Source of the DNA: Amoebophrya sp. A120
Taxonomy: Eukaryota > Protista > Dinoflagellata
Assembly: GCA_905178155.1 (NCBI GenBank)
Contig: CAJINV010000001.1
Coordinates: 9,507,865-9,571,864 of the forward strand
Reading direction: 5' to 3'
DNA length: 64,000 nucleotides
Within the stretch, counting starts at the first letter, position 1. Each line of letters begins with the position of its first letter. Shown one piece after another: positions 48,301-60,746 of the stretch. The translations under genes and the position numbers were made by a program. The notes beneath the pieces are model-generated. The model had not been told where the DNA came from. It ran no database searches and saw nothing but the letters and a program-made list of their open reading frames with translations.

Positions 48301-50921
48301 CCCTGTCTGCAGCGCTTGAAAGCAGCGCGCCACTTGCCGGGCCGAGGACCGGCTGCAAGGGTTCGTGGAATTCCCCTTCGGCCCCTGTGGGTGGCTTATC
48401 GGAGTTGTTGCCCGCTTGCTTTGCAAATACGTCAATCCAACTCATCTTGGTAGTTGTCAAGAAAGAAGTTTCTGTTTCTTCAGAAGCGGACGACAACGTC
48501 TCCCTGTAGCCTGCATCTTCCACAAGTCGCGCAGCCACTTCAAGTCCAAGCCTTGCGTCGTTGCAGACCCAGTCGCTGTAGTCCAAAGCGCGCTGGGCAA
48601 CGGAGAGGGGAATAGCCCTGGGCTTCGTCTCTAGTACGTCGTCGTTCGGCCGCCGGTACTCAGCACGTGTAACACGCAAAACTAAATCGATTCGACACGC
48701 ATTAACGCTTTGCGCTACCCAGACCCAAACGTCGTCTTTCAGGTCAGGCTCACCTATGATGGGAGCGAGTATACTGATCGCTGACTCTGACTGAGTGGTA
48801 GTAAAAAGCGCGTGCGTTTTATTGTCCTCCCAAGTCGAACTCGAAGCGGTCGTCGTTTGTTGCAAGTGGGAGACCAACTTCTGATCTCCAGTCTTTACCG
48901 CAGCGAGAAAATCCTTGGGGGCGTCCAGTGTTGCACCGATTTGCGTTCGGCTTTCGCTCGTGTCCGCACTATGTCGAAACAAGCGCGACAAGCCGTCCCA
49001 TTGTTTACAACTTTGCCGTAGCACCCACTGCCAGACAAACTTCGAACTAACCGCGGAAATCGCGGTCAGCACATCCCCGCTGGTGTAAAGACCACTGGGA
49101 AGCTTTGTCACGAAAGTCTTCTGTTCTTTCCGCAGAAGCTTCGCACACGCTGGCAACACCACTGCTCGATGAAGACCGATTGCAAGCTGCTTGAGGTCTC
49201 GAAAGAGATCTGCCGAAAAGTCGCGGAGTGTCCCGGTCCATTCAACGAAGTCCCTATCCGAGTGTAGCGCACGGCTCGTTGACAGATTAGGATTACTGCT
49301 CCGTCTAGAAAATGGACTGAAGTTCGACGACTGGTTGTGTGTTCCAGGACTGGTGGACTTGTTTTCACTTGATGATGCTGACGCCGAAAGTGCTGAAGAT
49401 TTCCCATTCGCGGCGCTATTGCCTTCTACGACACTTCTATCGCATGCGGTCTCGCCGGAAGGCTGTTGTTTTGGATTATTTCCGGAATTATGACTGACAA
49501 AGACAATTTTTTCCACGACTGGCGTGGCCTCCGGCAAGGCACTTGCACTCCGCTCAGCAAACACCACATCCACCAGTCCGACTTGCTCCGGGGCCACTTT
49601 CTTTTCGTCCACAGAAAAGTAGCGCGTGCCCGACACTCCGTCGCACATCAGGGGTGCACCGGGGAAGTCCTTGTGCTTGACGTCGACCAAAAACATCTGT
49701 TTCCGATCCAGCGCCGGCGAATACAGGAAATTGCGCTTGTCGAAATCCTGGTCCTCGATGGAGAGGTGAGAGCCGAGCCTCGGATCTTGGTCTCCCCCCG
49801 CCTTCTCGTGGCCGACCGGAAGCAAAACGCAGCCGGAAGAGTACTCTTTCGGGTACTCCTTTGCGTGAAAAAGGATGTGGGTACAAGAAACGGGTGCTTC
49901 AGTATGATATGTGGTTGATGAAGAACAGGATGGCCTTGAAGATCCGGTAAGTAGTACTCTAGAGTCCTGCTCTTGGATCAGTCTTGTTGCAGATGATGCT
50001 GTAGGCACTGCTGATGCGGGTCCTGCGGCCCAAGAGAACGTCCCGCGCATCACGTGACCGTGGAAAAGGTCGTACGGAGCAAGTCGAACGTTCGCACTTC
50101 CAACACCAGGATCTCTGCCGGTCTCGGCAATAGCATCGAACAGCGCCCGCACAAATTCCAGGTCATTGGCGTGGTAGTCGGACAAGCTCGCCGGCTCGCG
50201 ATCCAACGGCGGACCGTACGGCGTCAACCAAGCCGGAATACCGACCGAGCGAGCAGGAGAGCCCATCGCCATGCTGTCCTGGGTTTGCGGAGGATGGTCT
50301 ACGCTGCGAAAAATGTTGCGCTGCTGGACCTGGTGTTCCACCTGGGTTAACGTATCAAGCTCAGGTGACGCCGCTGCGGCGAAGGGTTGCGCTTGATTTT
50401 GGGCAGGCGATGCAGGCGAGACCGTGCATGCCTGTTGCGGCTGCCTGGAAAATCATTAGAAAGAGTAGAAAGGGTGAAGGACATATTTATACAGGATCAT
50501 TGTTCATGGGCATGGGGTGAGGGTGACGGAACGAGGAGTGACTCTGCTATTGCTTTTGATAGGGCAAGGGTAATACATCTGAATAGCACATCATGCAGAG
50601 CCGGACATTGGGAGTAAGATGTTCATCATGCTCCTGTAAAAGTGACGTAAAGGTCGGAAGGCCGGGGTAGCAGATGAACGGCATCACGACAAAAAAAACG
50701 GGTACCTACCGGGGACTAGAAGAACTGGGTTCTGCAATGATTGGAGAGTCTGATGGTGATGAAGTTCGACGGGATCTTCTCGAAATTTCCGAACGATCTA
50801 GAAAATGCGATCGAGCTGTAGTCGTGTCACTCCTGCGTTTTTGCAAAAAAATCGAACCGACCTGATTCGGCCGTGTCAGGCAGAAAAAAATCGAAGAGAG
50901 TGAGAACGCGAAAACGACCAT
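45386..50921 (-). CDS. Large protein with a C13/legumain-like (clan CD) peptidase domain
   Basis: In order: AWCILVGG, FGADRIIVV, DYDYEDVNVWSLLSVL, VFLLINTHG (His), LYQFCLSGGF (Cys), LFVMVTSG. This parallels the C13 motifs WAVLVAGS, IIVM, DY.G.DV, F.DHG and EAC.SGS. A probable 5' exon at 50710-50921 joins via a phase-2 GT-AG intron. Confidence 0.7.
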
Positions 50922-52029
50922 GGCTTTTCTTCTTCTTCTTCTGCTTCTTCAGCGATTGATTTCATGAAAAACAGACTAGGCGGTACTATGCGTTCTGCTC
51001 AGAATCGACTTTGAGCTTAAACTACAGGACACACACAGACACTCACTGTTTCTCCCACTCTAGTATCTGCCACTTTCATCATGAGGTGGATGAGTCAGAC
51101 CTCTGTTCTTGAGGATCTCGATCCGGTTGAAGAGCCTGCAACTATGTGCAAATTCAGTCCAGAGCCTAGCCCGATGGATGTCGTTTGCTACTAAGTTTTC
51201 CTGTGGTGAACGCTGGGGCGATGAGCCACACAATTCGAAACAACCGACGAGAACAAAAAAGCGTCCACCTGGTCGTGAGCAAAAGACACCACGAGCGTCG
51301 TGTCCATCATTCATTTGGGTTTTGCCTAGGGTGGCCAGCCTGCGCAACAAGACCAAGATTTCGAAATCACAGGATCACAAAGAAAAACATTTTTCACCCA
51401 ACGAACCATAATCATGAAGAGGGAACTTTAGAAAGTTGTACTACGAAATCTACGGCTAGTAATACCGAAACCGAACAAACCGACCACAGACAACAACAAG
51501 AAAAACAAACTACTGGTGCAAGGTTGCACCTGGAACCATCTGGTTTATCGAGAACATCACACACAACATCGGTCAGCTCGTGGCTGTTCCTTTTCTTGTA
51601 CGTGTGAAATAAATAGGAGTTCTTTCATTGTAATCGGTTTCAACCGATCGAAGGGGTCAGTGAGTTCCCGTCCCGTCTTTTCAGGGCTAGCCACCTGAAC
51701 TACGTGGGCTGACAAAGAAAAACAAAAATTGACTTTATTCTCTAAAGTAAGAGTTTCGTTGGCTTCGACATCTTCAAATAGAATCGAAATCAAAATACTC
51801 ACTTCGGGTTCTGGTTCATTTGAAACAAAAGAATTCAGCACTGCCGCGACCTGAACCTATTTCAATCTGTCGAGGTTCAACATTAAATCAGACAAAAAAC
51901 AATATACAGAGGTGGCGAAACACAAAACGCTAAAACCTACCAGGACGCGAAATCGTCATCATGGTGTGAGAGTAGAAGAGAGAAGTGGATTCGGTTGAAT
52001 ATTATGAAAAAGAGAGCCCTGTACTCATT

Positions 52030-55000
52030 TCAATGATGACCCCCGCCTGCTTCCCCGGATCCGTCTGCGTGCACGACACTTGGCCGGCTCCATTCCGGCT
52101 CTCGCGCCCAGTGGGCTTTGGCGTCCCAAGCCTTCAGATTGATGATCGCGACGGGGAGACACTCCAACGTGACAAGGGTCGCGAACAAAAGCTTTTTCTG
52201 CTGCTCGGACACCAAGCCTGACTGGACGAGGATGTTCAGAAACAAAAGTTGGAAATGCCCAAGCGAAACCAGGACCTGTGGAAATTTTTGGATACGTTTA
52301 CGTACCTGTGCACAACTTCCTTCAACTTCATGTTCTGCGTCGATGCAAAACTACGATACAGACAGCATTGAAAAGCAAATGTTGACGTGTAGGCCACGAC
52401 TGACGCGGTATCTTCAAAACCTTACCTTTGCCGACCAAAACTTCCATTTCGGTTCAAACAGACGCAGCCAGTGGGTCATGTGCCGCTCGAAAGCGACGAT
52501 GTTGTACAGGGCGCCCATGGAAGCGATCAGGCCGGCGCCAAAAATCATGGACTCGAGGGTCTCGATCAGTGTCTCGTGCCTCTCCAGCAAGTGATCCACA
52601 AATTCGTACCGATGACCGAGTGCGCGCGACAACACAATCACCAGCTGGAAAGCCGCACCGAAAGCGTTCACCACAACGAAAGTCTGGACGCCTGGCAGAA
52701 GTTTGGGTGGAAGTATAGTCAAAAAACCGCAGTGGTAAAATTCACAGGTGTGCCAGGCACTGTTGTACACAGATGCAGTAGTTAATCTTTTGTGCTCAGT
52801 ATGATGATCACTATCACTGTCATTACTGTGTTGAATGAAAAACCTCACTTAGCTACCAAGCAGCGTAATCTTCCTCAACGGGTCGAACATGCGCTCGCGC
52901 TGTTGCTTGCGCAGACCCTGGTTCCTGACCGCGCCGACGCACAATCTCGAAAAGCACCACAACGCCCACGCTACGTACAGGTCGGCCATGTAAAAGTTCG
53001 CTTCGTAATACTGGCTGAATTTTCTCTCGCGAAGATGGAGTGGTAAATACTTTGCCTCGTCACCCGCGTGGATGTCTTGCGGGGCTGGTTCTGGAGATTA
53101 CGATGATATCTCTGTAAACTGGAATCGGAGTCTTTGCTTTGACTGAGGCTTAGCTTCAAGATGAACCTTCGAACTCAAAGTACCGGACTGCATGCAATAC
53201 CGCTGTTGCTGACAATAGCGTCCGGAGAGCAACAAGAGATCACGTGGAGAAGAAGTCAATAGTGATAGATTGTTAAGTAGTTGTTCGTAGAGCCACAAAA
53301 AAAAAAATAATAATACCTTCCGGCTGAATCATAGCAGCCTCACCGGCGGACGAATTTTGGTCGGACAGCGGCATCACCAGTGCCGCGTACAACGTGTTTC
53401 CTACCTTGTGGTACAACATAGCGGCCGTGTTGTGAATGCGATCGTGGTGGACCGTCCCCGACATGAGCTCCGACATCCGTAAAGTGCTTTTGAACGCCAG
53501 TAGGGAATACACCACCGGTAGCAAAATGACTTGTATCGAGTAGTCATGCGGCTTGATCGCCAAATGCGCCAGATGTGGCTCCTCGATTTCGGTTTTGTTG
53601 CGCATGCGCTCCGAGAGCGTGGTGAACTCGCTGATGGCGGCAACAGAAGACGATCGGCGGGAAGAGACGGCGGAGCTGTTGACACTGCTCCTTCTGGAGC
53701 ATCGCGATGGTCGCTTGTGTTTTCCAGTTTTCTCTTTGCTTGCATGGAGCAACACGAGGTTGTTTTTGTTCGCAGTGTGGTCTTCACATTCACTACTGGC
53801 CGCCTTCTCCACCTGCTCCGCCACGTCGGTGTTTGCAGTACCCTCCACGAGCTTAGCCTGCTTCTCGTCATTGGCAGCCAATGTGAGCGCGTGCGCGACC
53901 TTGAGCTTTTGCACCACCTCATCGTGCGTCGGGGTGCCGCAGGAAACCGTGCCAGGAGCTCTCTCCTTGTCGTGGAACAAATCTCCGATTTCTCCCATGC
54001 GGTTGTGGTGCCTGCAAAGATTGATGCCGGTCACGACGAAAGTGATTAACACAAAAACGCCACTTAGATCCACCAAAATGCTGAGAATCGCGGGGATGCG
54101 ATAGATGTGCTTGTGCTCGACCTCATCCAGCAGCGCAGACTCATGCTCGAGCTGCTCATCCGTGACTCGGCCTGGTTGCTCTCGTCGAACCCGGCTCTGG
54201 TGCCGGCTAACAAGCGCGGTCGCTATCGCAGTGGTGGTAGCGGGGGCGGGAGGTGGTGCCGCTGGGTGCTGTACATGCAAATTCGCCTGCAGTGGACGAT
54301 TTGGATTTCCAGCCACGTCAGATCCTCCCTGTGCTGCTCGGGAAACCGAGAACCCTTCACTTTCTGTAATTGCTCCTGCAGCCGAACTACCCGTCGGGGC
54401 TTTCTCTTCACTCGTCTTCAGGCGGCCACTTCTCGTCAGCTCGGATTCCTGCTCAGCAATAGCTGCTGGAAGTAGTTCCGTCCCTTCCTGCTCGTGGCCG
54501 TGGAGAAGCTGCGCCACTTCCTGCACCACGTCTCCGGCTTCAATGGCCTTGCTCTTTATCGGTATTTTTTCCAGCTTCTCCTCCGGATTCTCTTCGAGAA
54601 AACTCGCGGGCGCTCCTGCACTGCCATTTCCACTGTCATGTTGTTCGCGTTGTTGTTCTTCTTGTTCGGAGGTCATATGTGCTGCTCCCCGCGGTGACGA
54701 TAGTGGCCCACCAGCACCTGCACTTGGATTTTCAGTGTCTAGTGGCGCGAGCGCTGCTGATCTCACACCCCCGCTGCGGTTCCGCGGCCGCAAAAACTGA
54801 CCACTGCTGTCGCTTTCCGCTCCGTCCTCGTCTGCCGGCTCATCTTCTGCCGATGAAGGACGGCGATTACCAGGTCCACCTCCGCCGCTCAAAAGAACTT
54901 CTTCAGGCAATACAACCACTCCCCTGCGTTGGTCGCCGCCATCTGCACTCGCCGCAGGCGATGCAAACGCACTTGATCCTGGTTCGTCCGACAACTCCGC

Positions 55001-55555
55001 TTGTGGTGCAGGCGAAGAGCCGCCATCTCCCCGATCTTGATTGGTTTGCCCATGTCCTTCCCCCGCTGCTCTCGATCTCTGTTCCTGCACTGCCGGCGCG
55101 TCTTGAACGAAGCGTTCCCAATTCTTCGCTGCCTTTTCGTTTCTCGGCGGGCTATGTTCCTGCTCCGCGGCCGTCTCTTCGGCGTGCAAGTCTTTTGCGA
55201 CGTCCGTCATTTTCTGGAGCAAATCCGGCCGCTCCTTTTGCAGCTTTACCATGTCGCCGAGCGCAAGCAACACCCGCTTCTCCACCTTCCGCCGCTCCCC
55301 ATGGTCTCTTTGCTCCCGTAACCAGGCCCAATAGCGCGACTGCTTGATGTCGGGGAGCAGGTAGCTGCGCAAATCCAAACACCGCTCCAGGTCCGCGATC
55401 CAAAGGCCGAGGATGCAGAGGTAAAGCGGGATGTAGTAAGTTGTATACCAAGCTCTTCGCTTGGTGCACGTGTCCCGCCAACTTGCATGCTGGCCAAGGC
55501 GTCGGATGGCACCGAAGACAACAAAAACGATCACGAGATCAAGAACGGTCAACAT
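52030..55555 (-). CDS. OST-alpha/TMEM184-like multi-pass membrane protein, 4 exons
   Basis: Several hydrophobic helices and motifs IQVILLPVVYSLL, ADLYVAWALWCF, PKWKFWSAK-VLVSLGHFQ and LVTLECLPVAIINLKAW. Three GT-AG introns (~53092-53316, ~52692-52856, ~52276-52426) keep the frame. Confidence 0.75.
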
Positions 55556-56421
55556 TTTTACCTACGCATACGTTAGGGAAAGAAGGCTCCTTAATTCGGC
55601 TTGTGACTCCCAAAAAGTTAAAGTACCGTGTTCATCCGGTGGGCTGAGAAATTATGTTGGAGAAGCAAGAGTCAATCGCAAAACAGTGACAATACACAAG
55701 AAAGCAAAACGCGGCTGGAAATCGGTCCAAAACAAACCTGATACATAGAACTCCTCCATTGGAGAGGGCCACTACTGCAATAGCGTGTCTCAACCCGCTC
55801 CGTTCCTCGGAGGTGGTCAATGCAGTGAGTATGTTTACTTACGTCCTCTGTATTCAGCTGCAGTCAGTTTGTATCCTGTTCTTCTGTGATGACGGGATTT
55901 GGCGAAAGCCTGAAGAACATTAGAGAACTTTCAATCTGCCGTTGCATTTTGTCAACCAAGCGAATCACTCTCTCTCCGAACAAAGATCGTGTAGCATATG
56001 CATAATCATAAACATACCGATGTATATGCTTCTGTTCTAGGACGGAGGAGGAACCTTTACAGCTGCTATTTTTATTCTACTGTAGTTTCCATAGGGAGAG
56101 GCGAAAAAATTACTTAGAGTCAAACAAAATATATCGATAAACCCAATCCAAAGCATTGCACCTGCTGCTTGACCGCAAAGCCTTTCCAAATCAAGCGGTA
56201 GAGTGCAACTCATAAAGCGCAATGAAATGGAAAAACTCTGTTTTAAGCCAGGCTCGAGGTAGCACTGTTTGTAATTTTCTTTCCGAAATAAACATAAAAG
56301 ACGCTGTTATGGGGATAGGCTTCCTCCCTACGAATTGACAAGATTACTACCGGTGATTTTCTCTTTTACTGTATCTTGCAAACTTGAAGATGAAGAAAAA
56401 AAATTCATCTTTGTACATCAA

Positions 56422-59400
56422 TTATAGGGATTGAATGTAAGGCGGAAACCTTCTAGTGTTGGTATTTGCGTATGCGCTCGGCATTCCAGGAGACACTCGA
56501 CGTTCTCGTGTTCCCATCCCCGTCCGGGGTGGGCTGCCTACAGCAGGCCGGTGTTGTGCAATAGGAGACCCGTTGCCCAGCATCCCAGCAACCCCTGCTA
56601 TGGGGTCGCGACGCCGGCTTTGGTGGCTTGCCGGACTGGGAACAAAGCCGGCTAGGCCCAGAAGCGAGCGCGCTGTTGATGGCGCGGGGCGGTTGGGCGA
56701 TGAAGAAGATTCTGAATTTGGAGATGCAGGGAATCCGCGGACCAGGTCCCGCGAAGGGGCTTCCTCGGGCCATCGGTTCAAGTATAGCGTCCGCGCGTGG
56801 GGCATCTTGTACGGTATTGCGTCCACTTCCGGGGGCATTACTTTTTCCGCATAACTCTCTTCCACTCTACTATTTTCGTCCGACGAATAATTCGTCGCAG
56901 CCTCTGGGTGCATTCTAGTTCTCGAGAAACGCCGTTTCATCCGGTGTCTCAGGCTGCGCAGAACCGGCGAACTGGACGGCGTTCTGCTCACCTCAGCCGG
57001 GCTCTGGGCCGTTTCATCCGGGGTGCCGGTAGACGAGGTTGTTCCCGTGGCTAACGAGGAAGCGGAGGACGACGATGTTCTCCGGTCTATGCTGCGACGC
57101 AGCACACGCTCGCGCTCATTCGACGGGTGCTCCACTGCAGGCAAAGTTATGCCTGTTCGTCCAACTGTCAAGGAGCTACTCGTCTGGTGGTGACCCCTGC
57201 GTGCCCGGCTGTACCACGAAGTCGTGGCTCCAAAAAGTGCGGACGCTGCGGCCCCCACCAAAGTGGACGATCTGCTTGCAGAAGTGGAGGAAGGAGAAAA
57301 GAAACGACATCTCGCCCGAAGAACATCGCTCCGATCGGAGGCGGACGACATTGGCAGGCTGTTTTGTCCTACTGGTGGTGGAGCACTGAGGCAGGATTCG
57401 GCCGCTGCCGCTCCCCCAGCTGCTGCAGAAGAGCGAGAGCCCCCAAGGGTGCTGCTTTCATCATTCTTTTCCTGTTGCTCGGCAGTTGACAACATCGCCA
57501 GTCTTCTCCCTTCTAGTTCCACGTCGGCTTCATCTCCCAAAACAGGCTGGCGCAAAGCCTGCTTTTTCAGCTCGTCATGCTCCCGCCGCGCCTGGTCCGC
57601 TTCTTGCGCAAGTTCCTTTTCCCAAGCTTCCACCCGACCGACATATTGGAGGAACTCTGTGTCGTTGTCAAACGCCAAGTACTCCACGTTGACCCAATGG
57701 CCTACCCGGCAAAGCGGGCAGCGGTACCAAAATCGATCGATTTTGTGGCGCTGGCGCGCGTCCGGGCTCCACGACTCGACTCTTGCTACCTCCTTCATGT
57801 ACTCCCCTACTACGTGCGGCGCAAGGCAGTCTTTGTGGTAAAAATGGTGGCACGGAAGCTTGCGGACGCGCTCGCGCCGTACAAAGTCATACGCGCCCGG
57901 AAGTTGTTGAAGAACTGCAGCTGGGAGTTTGCGATAGTACAACTCTGCTTCACCTTCTACTTTTGCGCCGGAGCAAGCAACGTTGTCAATACTACAGCTG
58001 TTGCACGTCGAATGAATTGCACTAAGAGCTTCATCGGAATTAACAACATCCGGAAAGTGCAGCCGCGGCCTGTTATCGCTCCCCACCGGGATTGAGGAGC
58101 GTGCTTCAGGATGGGGAGGCGACGGGGCTACCGGCGGTAAATCAGCAACCGGTGGAAAGGGACGTTGCACCGGCGCAACAGGAAAGTCGTTGGATGCACT
58201 ACCGCCCTGTGTGAGCCTGAGTGTCGTAGGACCACCACTTCGCGGAGAAAGTACTGCTGCTGGCTCTACTCGGTTGTCGATGTCGTCCTCGTGTCGGTCT
58301 TCACCCTGAGCATTAGAAGTTCGTGCGACTGCACTTGCCCCCCCTCCCCTCCCCGCGGAGCAGAACACAGAGCCAGGTCGCGCAGTTCTCGAAGACGGTA
58401 TCTCTTGCACCTGTGGTTGCACTTCACGCAGGTGCTCAGGAAGCGGTGGAGGAACGAGGATTTCTGATGCTGGTAGTTCCAAACCATCATTTTCTAGCTC
58501 TGGTAACGCTTCTGAAGCCTCTGCCGTATGGCCCACACCTCCACCTGCATCGGAACTAACATGTTGACCACGAAGATCGGAACCTGCTGTCTGAGTCTGA
58601 TTTTCTCTTTCAGCGGCTGCACGAGTGCACAGCAGCATCTTCTTGCGAAGCTGTGCGTTCTGCTCGTGCCGACAGGTGACGCAGTTGCAGCGTGGCGGTT
58701 TTGCACCAGCGGAATACAGCTGCCCGGCCCGGCAAACGGTGCCGCCCTCAATACCCATTCCACGGCCGAGCATCTTCGAGTCCGAATGGTACGGTGATCC
58801 GAGCCACACTTCGCGCAGGACGAGCATCCTTGGTGACAAATACGCGTCGGACTCGGAGAATCCGTCCTCCTCCGGAGCGCCCCCCTGTTCGGAGGAAGAC
58901 GACGGGATCGTCATCAGATCGCTGTCATTGAAACTGTCCAACGTATTCTCACGTGGCGCTGTGGCTCTGTATGTCGTGTACACCCCCACAGAAGCAGAGC
59001 TGGGCATGATTACAGCAGGCCTGGATTGTACGGCTACGCCTACTTCCTGTTCTACATGGGCTTCCCCAGAACCAGATCGCTCTAAAACACCTCCTGCAGT
59101 AGAAGTAGTGCGGGTCGTGCCCTCACGTGGATTGCGATTCGCACTTCTGCCACCGATGGTCATGCTGCTGGTGGAGGTGGTCGCGGTTGCACCAGACAGA
59201 GCAGAAGGATTCGCGGTCTCCATTGCTTCGCGAGATACTCCTGAGACGCTCAGAAGTCGTGCTGGCGCATCCGTTCTTGTGCCTCCGTCCTGTTGCTGCT
59301 GCTCGTCGATTTCATTGCGGGAATTGCTTCGCCAAGGCACGTGTCCCCGCCTCTCAAGCCATCCGGGGGACCCCGTGAAATCCCGCTGCGCACGTGTACT

Positions 59401-60039
59401 ATCGCGAACTGCTGTCGTAGTGTCCACAGATGATGTAGTTGATGTCACCACGGGGGTGGATGCCGACACGGACAGCGGCGCCGGCGCCGTTGCGGCTGCA
59501 TTTTCGTAAGTAAAACCAGGTCTCGTCACGTCAACAGCTTCGTTTTCCACTTGCGGCAACATTAAAGTGCTTCGACTATAATTGCGCTGAACGCGGTCTG
59601 GATGTGAAGGCCTGCTTCCTGGTCGTTCTTCCCTCCATTGAGTTGTTGCAGTCACAGCGTCGCGGCCTCTACTTCGACTTCGACCCATTTCTTGCCGCAC
59701 GCCAGCTAAATCGGCGATTGTCAGACTCATCGTCCCATCGTAAGGGACCAAGTCACCTTGCGTTGGATCATCATACGCAGCAGGTCCCGCAGATCCACAG
59801 CGGTCTTCTCTCGGCGGCAGAATCAGAGCAGGCACGCCATCATCTTCGTCCTCCGACTCCGAGTCAAGGGAGCTCCTGAATAGTGGGGACAAACAGATAG
59901 CACAAGCGGGAGCAGTGTCCGCGACGTCTGCATCTTTCGACGACGCAGGCGAAGCCGCTGCCGCAGCCATGGCGGCCAGGGAAAGACTTACGCCTGCCTG
60001 CAAAGCAAGCGGGACACGCAAAGTACTAGTCCACCACAT
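56422..60039 (-). CDS. RING-H2 zinc-finger protein (probable E3 ligase), 1,205 aa
   Basis: Single ORF with CAICLSPL near the N-terminus and VRKLPCHHFYHKDCL...YRCPLCR further in. Confidence 0.75.
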   Translation of the reverse strand: MWWTSTLRVPLALQAGVSLSLAAMAAAAASPASSKDADVADTAPACAICLSPLFRSSLDSESEDEDDGVPALILPPREDRCGSAGPAAYDDPTQGDLVPYDGTMSLTIADLAGVRQEMGRSRSRGRDAVTATTQWREERPGSRPSHPDRVQRNYSRSTLMLPQVENEAVDVTRPGFTYENAAATAPAPLSVSASTPVVTSTTSSVDTTTAVRDSTRAQRDFTGSPGWLERRGHVPWRSNSRNEIDEQQQQDGGTRTDAPARLLSVSGVSREAMETANPSALSGATATTSTSSMTIGGRSANRNPREGTTRTTSTAGGVLERSGSGEAHVEQEVGVAVQSRPAVIMPSSASVGVYTTYRATAPRENTLDSFNDSDLMTIPSSSSEQGGAPEEDGFSESDAYLSPRMLVLREVWLGSPYHSDSKMLGRGMGIEGGTVCRAGQLYSAGAKPPRCNCVTCRHEQNAQLRKKMLLCTRAAAERENQTQTAGSDLRGQHVSSDAGGGVGHTAEASEALPELENDGLELPASEILVPPPLPEHLREVQPQVQEIPSSRTARPGSVFCSAGRGGGASAVARTSNAQGEDRHEDDIDNRVEPAAVLSPRSGGPTTLRLTQGGSASNDFPVAPVQRPFPPVADLPPVAPSPPHPEARSSIPVGSDNRPRLHFPDVVNSDEALSAIHSTCNSCSIDNVACSGAKVEGEAELYYRKLPAAVLQQLPGAYDFVRRERVRKLPCHHFYHKDCLAPHVVGEYMKEVARVESWSPDARQRHKIDRFWYRCPLCRVGHWVNVEYLAFDNDTEFLQYVGRVEAWEKELAQEADQARREHDELKKQALRQPVLGDEADVELEGRRLAMLSTAEQQEKNDESSTLGGSRSSAAAGGAAAAESCLSAPPPVGQNSLPMSSASDRSDVLRARCRFFSPSSTSASRSSTLVGAAASALFGATTSWYSRARRGHHQTSSSLTVGRTGITLPAVEHPSNERERVLRRSIDRRTSSSSASSLATGTTSSTGTPDETAQSPAEVSRTPSSSPVLRSLRHRMKRRFSRTRMHPEAATNYSSDENSRVEESYAEKVMPPEVDAIPYKMPHARTLYLNRWPEEAPSRDLVRGFPASPNSESSSSPNRPAPSTARSLLGLAGFVPSPASHQSRRRDPIAGVAGMLGNGSPIAQHRPAVGSPPRTGMGTRERRVSPGMPSAYANTNTRRFPPYIQSL

Positions 60040-60746
60040 TTATACTTGCTGGGCTCTCTTACATTTGTGCACGGAATGCAATCAACACAGCATTCTGAGA
60101 AACGCGTGGCTCTTCATTATCATGGCTGCAGCTACAGACCATGCGTCTCTGATACCAGATTTTTTTGGCAATTCAATTTCAAACGTTCGACAGGAATACG
60201 AATAGGAAAACCACAAACACAATATTAACAAAATTACAAAACTGGGGGCTTCTTGATGGTTTCGTTCGAAAACAAACACTGAACGTGAACGAAGAGTCAA
60301 AAAAAAACGCCACGCAAAGCAAAAAAAGAATTCCTGATGCGTTTAGTCGCAGTCGTGGTAGGTCGATAGGATGAGGAGTGCGACTGCGTCAAAAAATACG
60401 CTTCAATCTTGTCGGTGCAGTTGCGAGGACAAAGCTCTGAGATTATGGAAATCACAGGGCAGCTAGACCAAAACACAAAGAAAGTTCCACCGCTAGAGCT
60501 GCCTCTATGTTCCGTTTCGCCGTGTGAAACTTCTATCGCCGTCGCATGGCCGTCAACATGTCGCTAATTTTGTAATTTCTCCGTTTTCATCATTCCTCTT
60601 AGTTTTACCTCGCGCTCGCAGCTCGCAGCTCGCAGAAAAAATAAGAAAGAGAAACGCGGAATGACTTCTTCATCGAGTGGTAGAGTCGGTCTATAAATGT
60701 TCATTTCGGGGAGCACGCTGCGAAACCAGCGGTGCTGCAGCTGCTT

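Noticed and set aside
60610-60635. (CTCGCAG)n short tandem repeat
   Set aside because: Ordinary microsatellite-like repeat.
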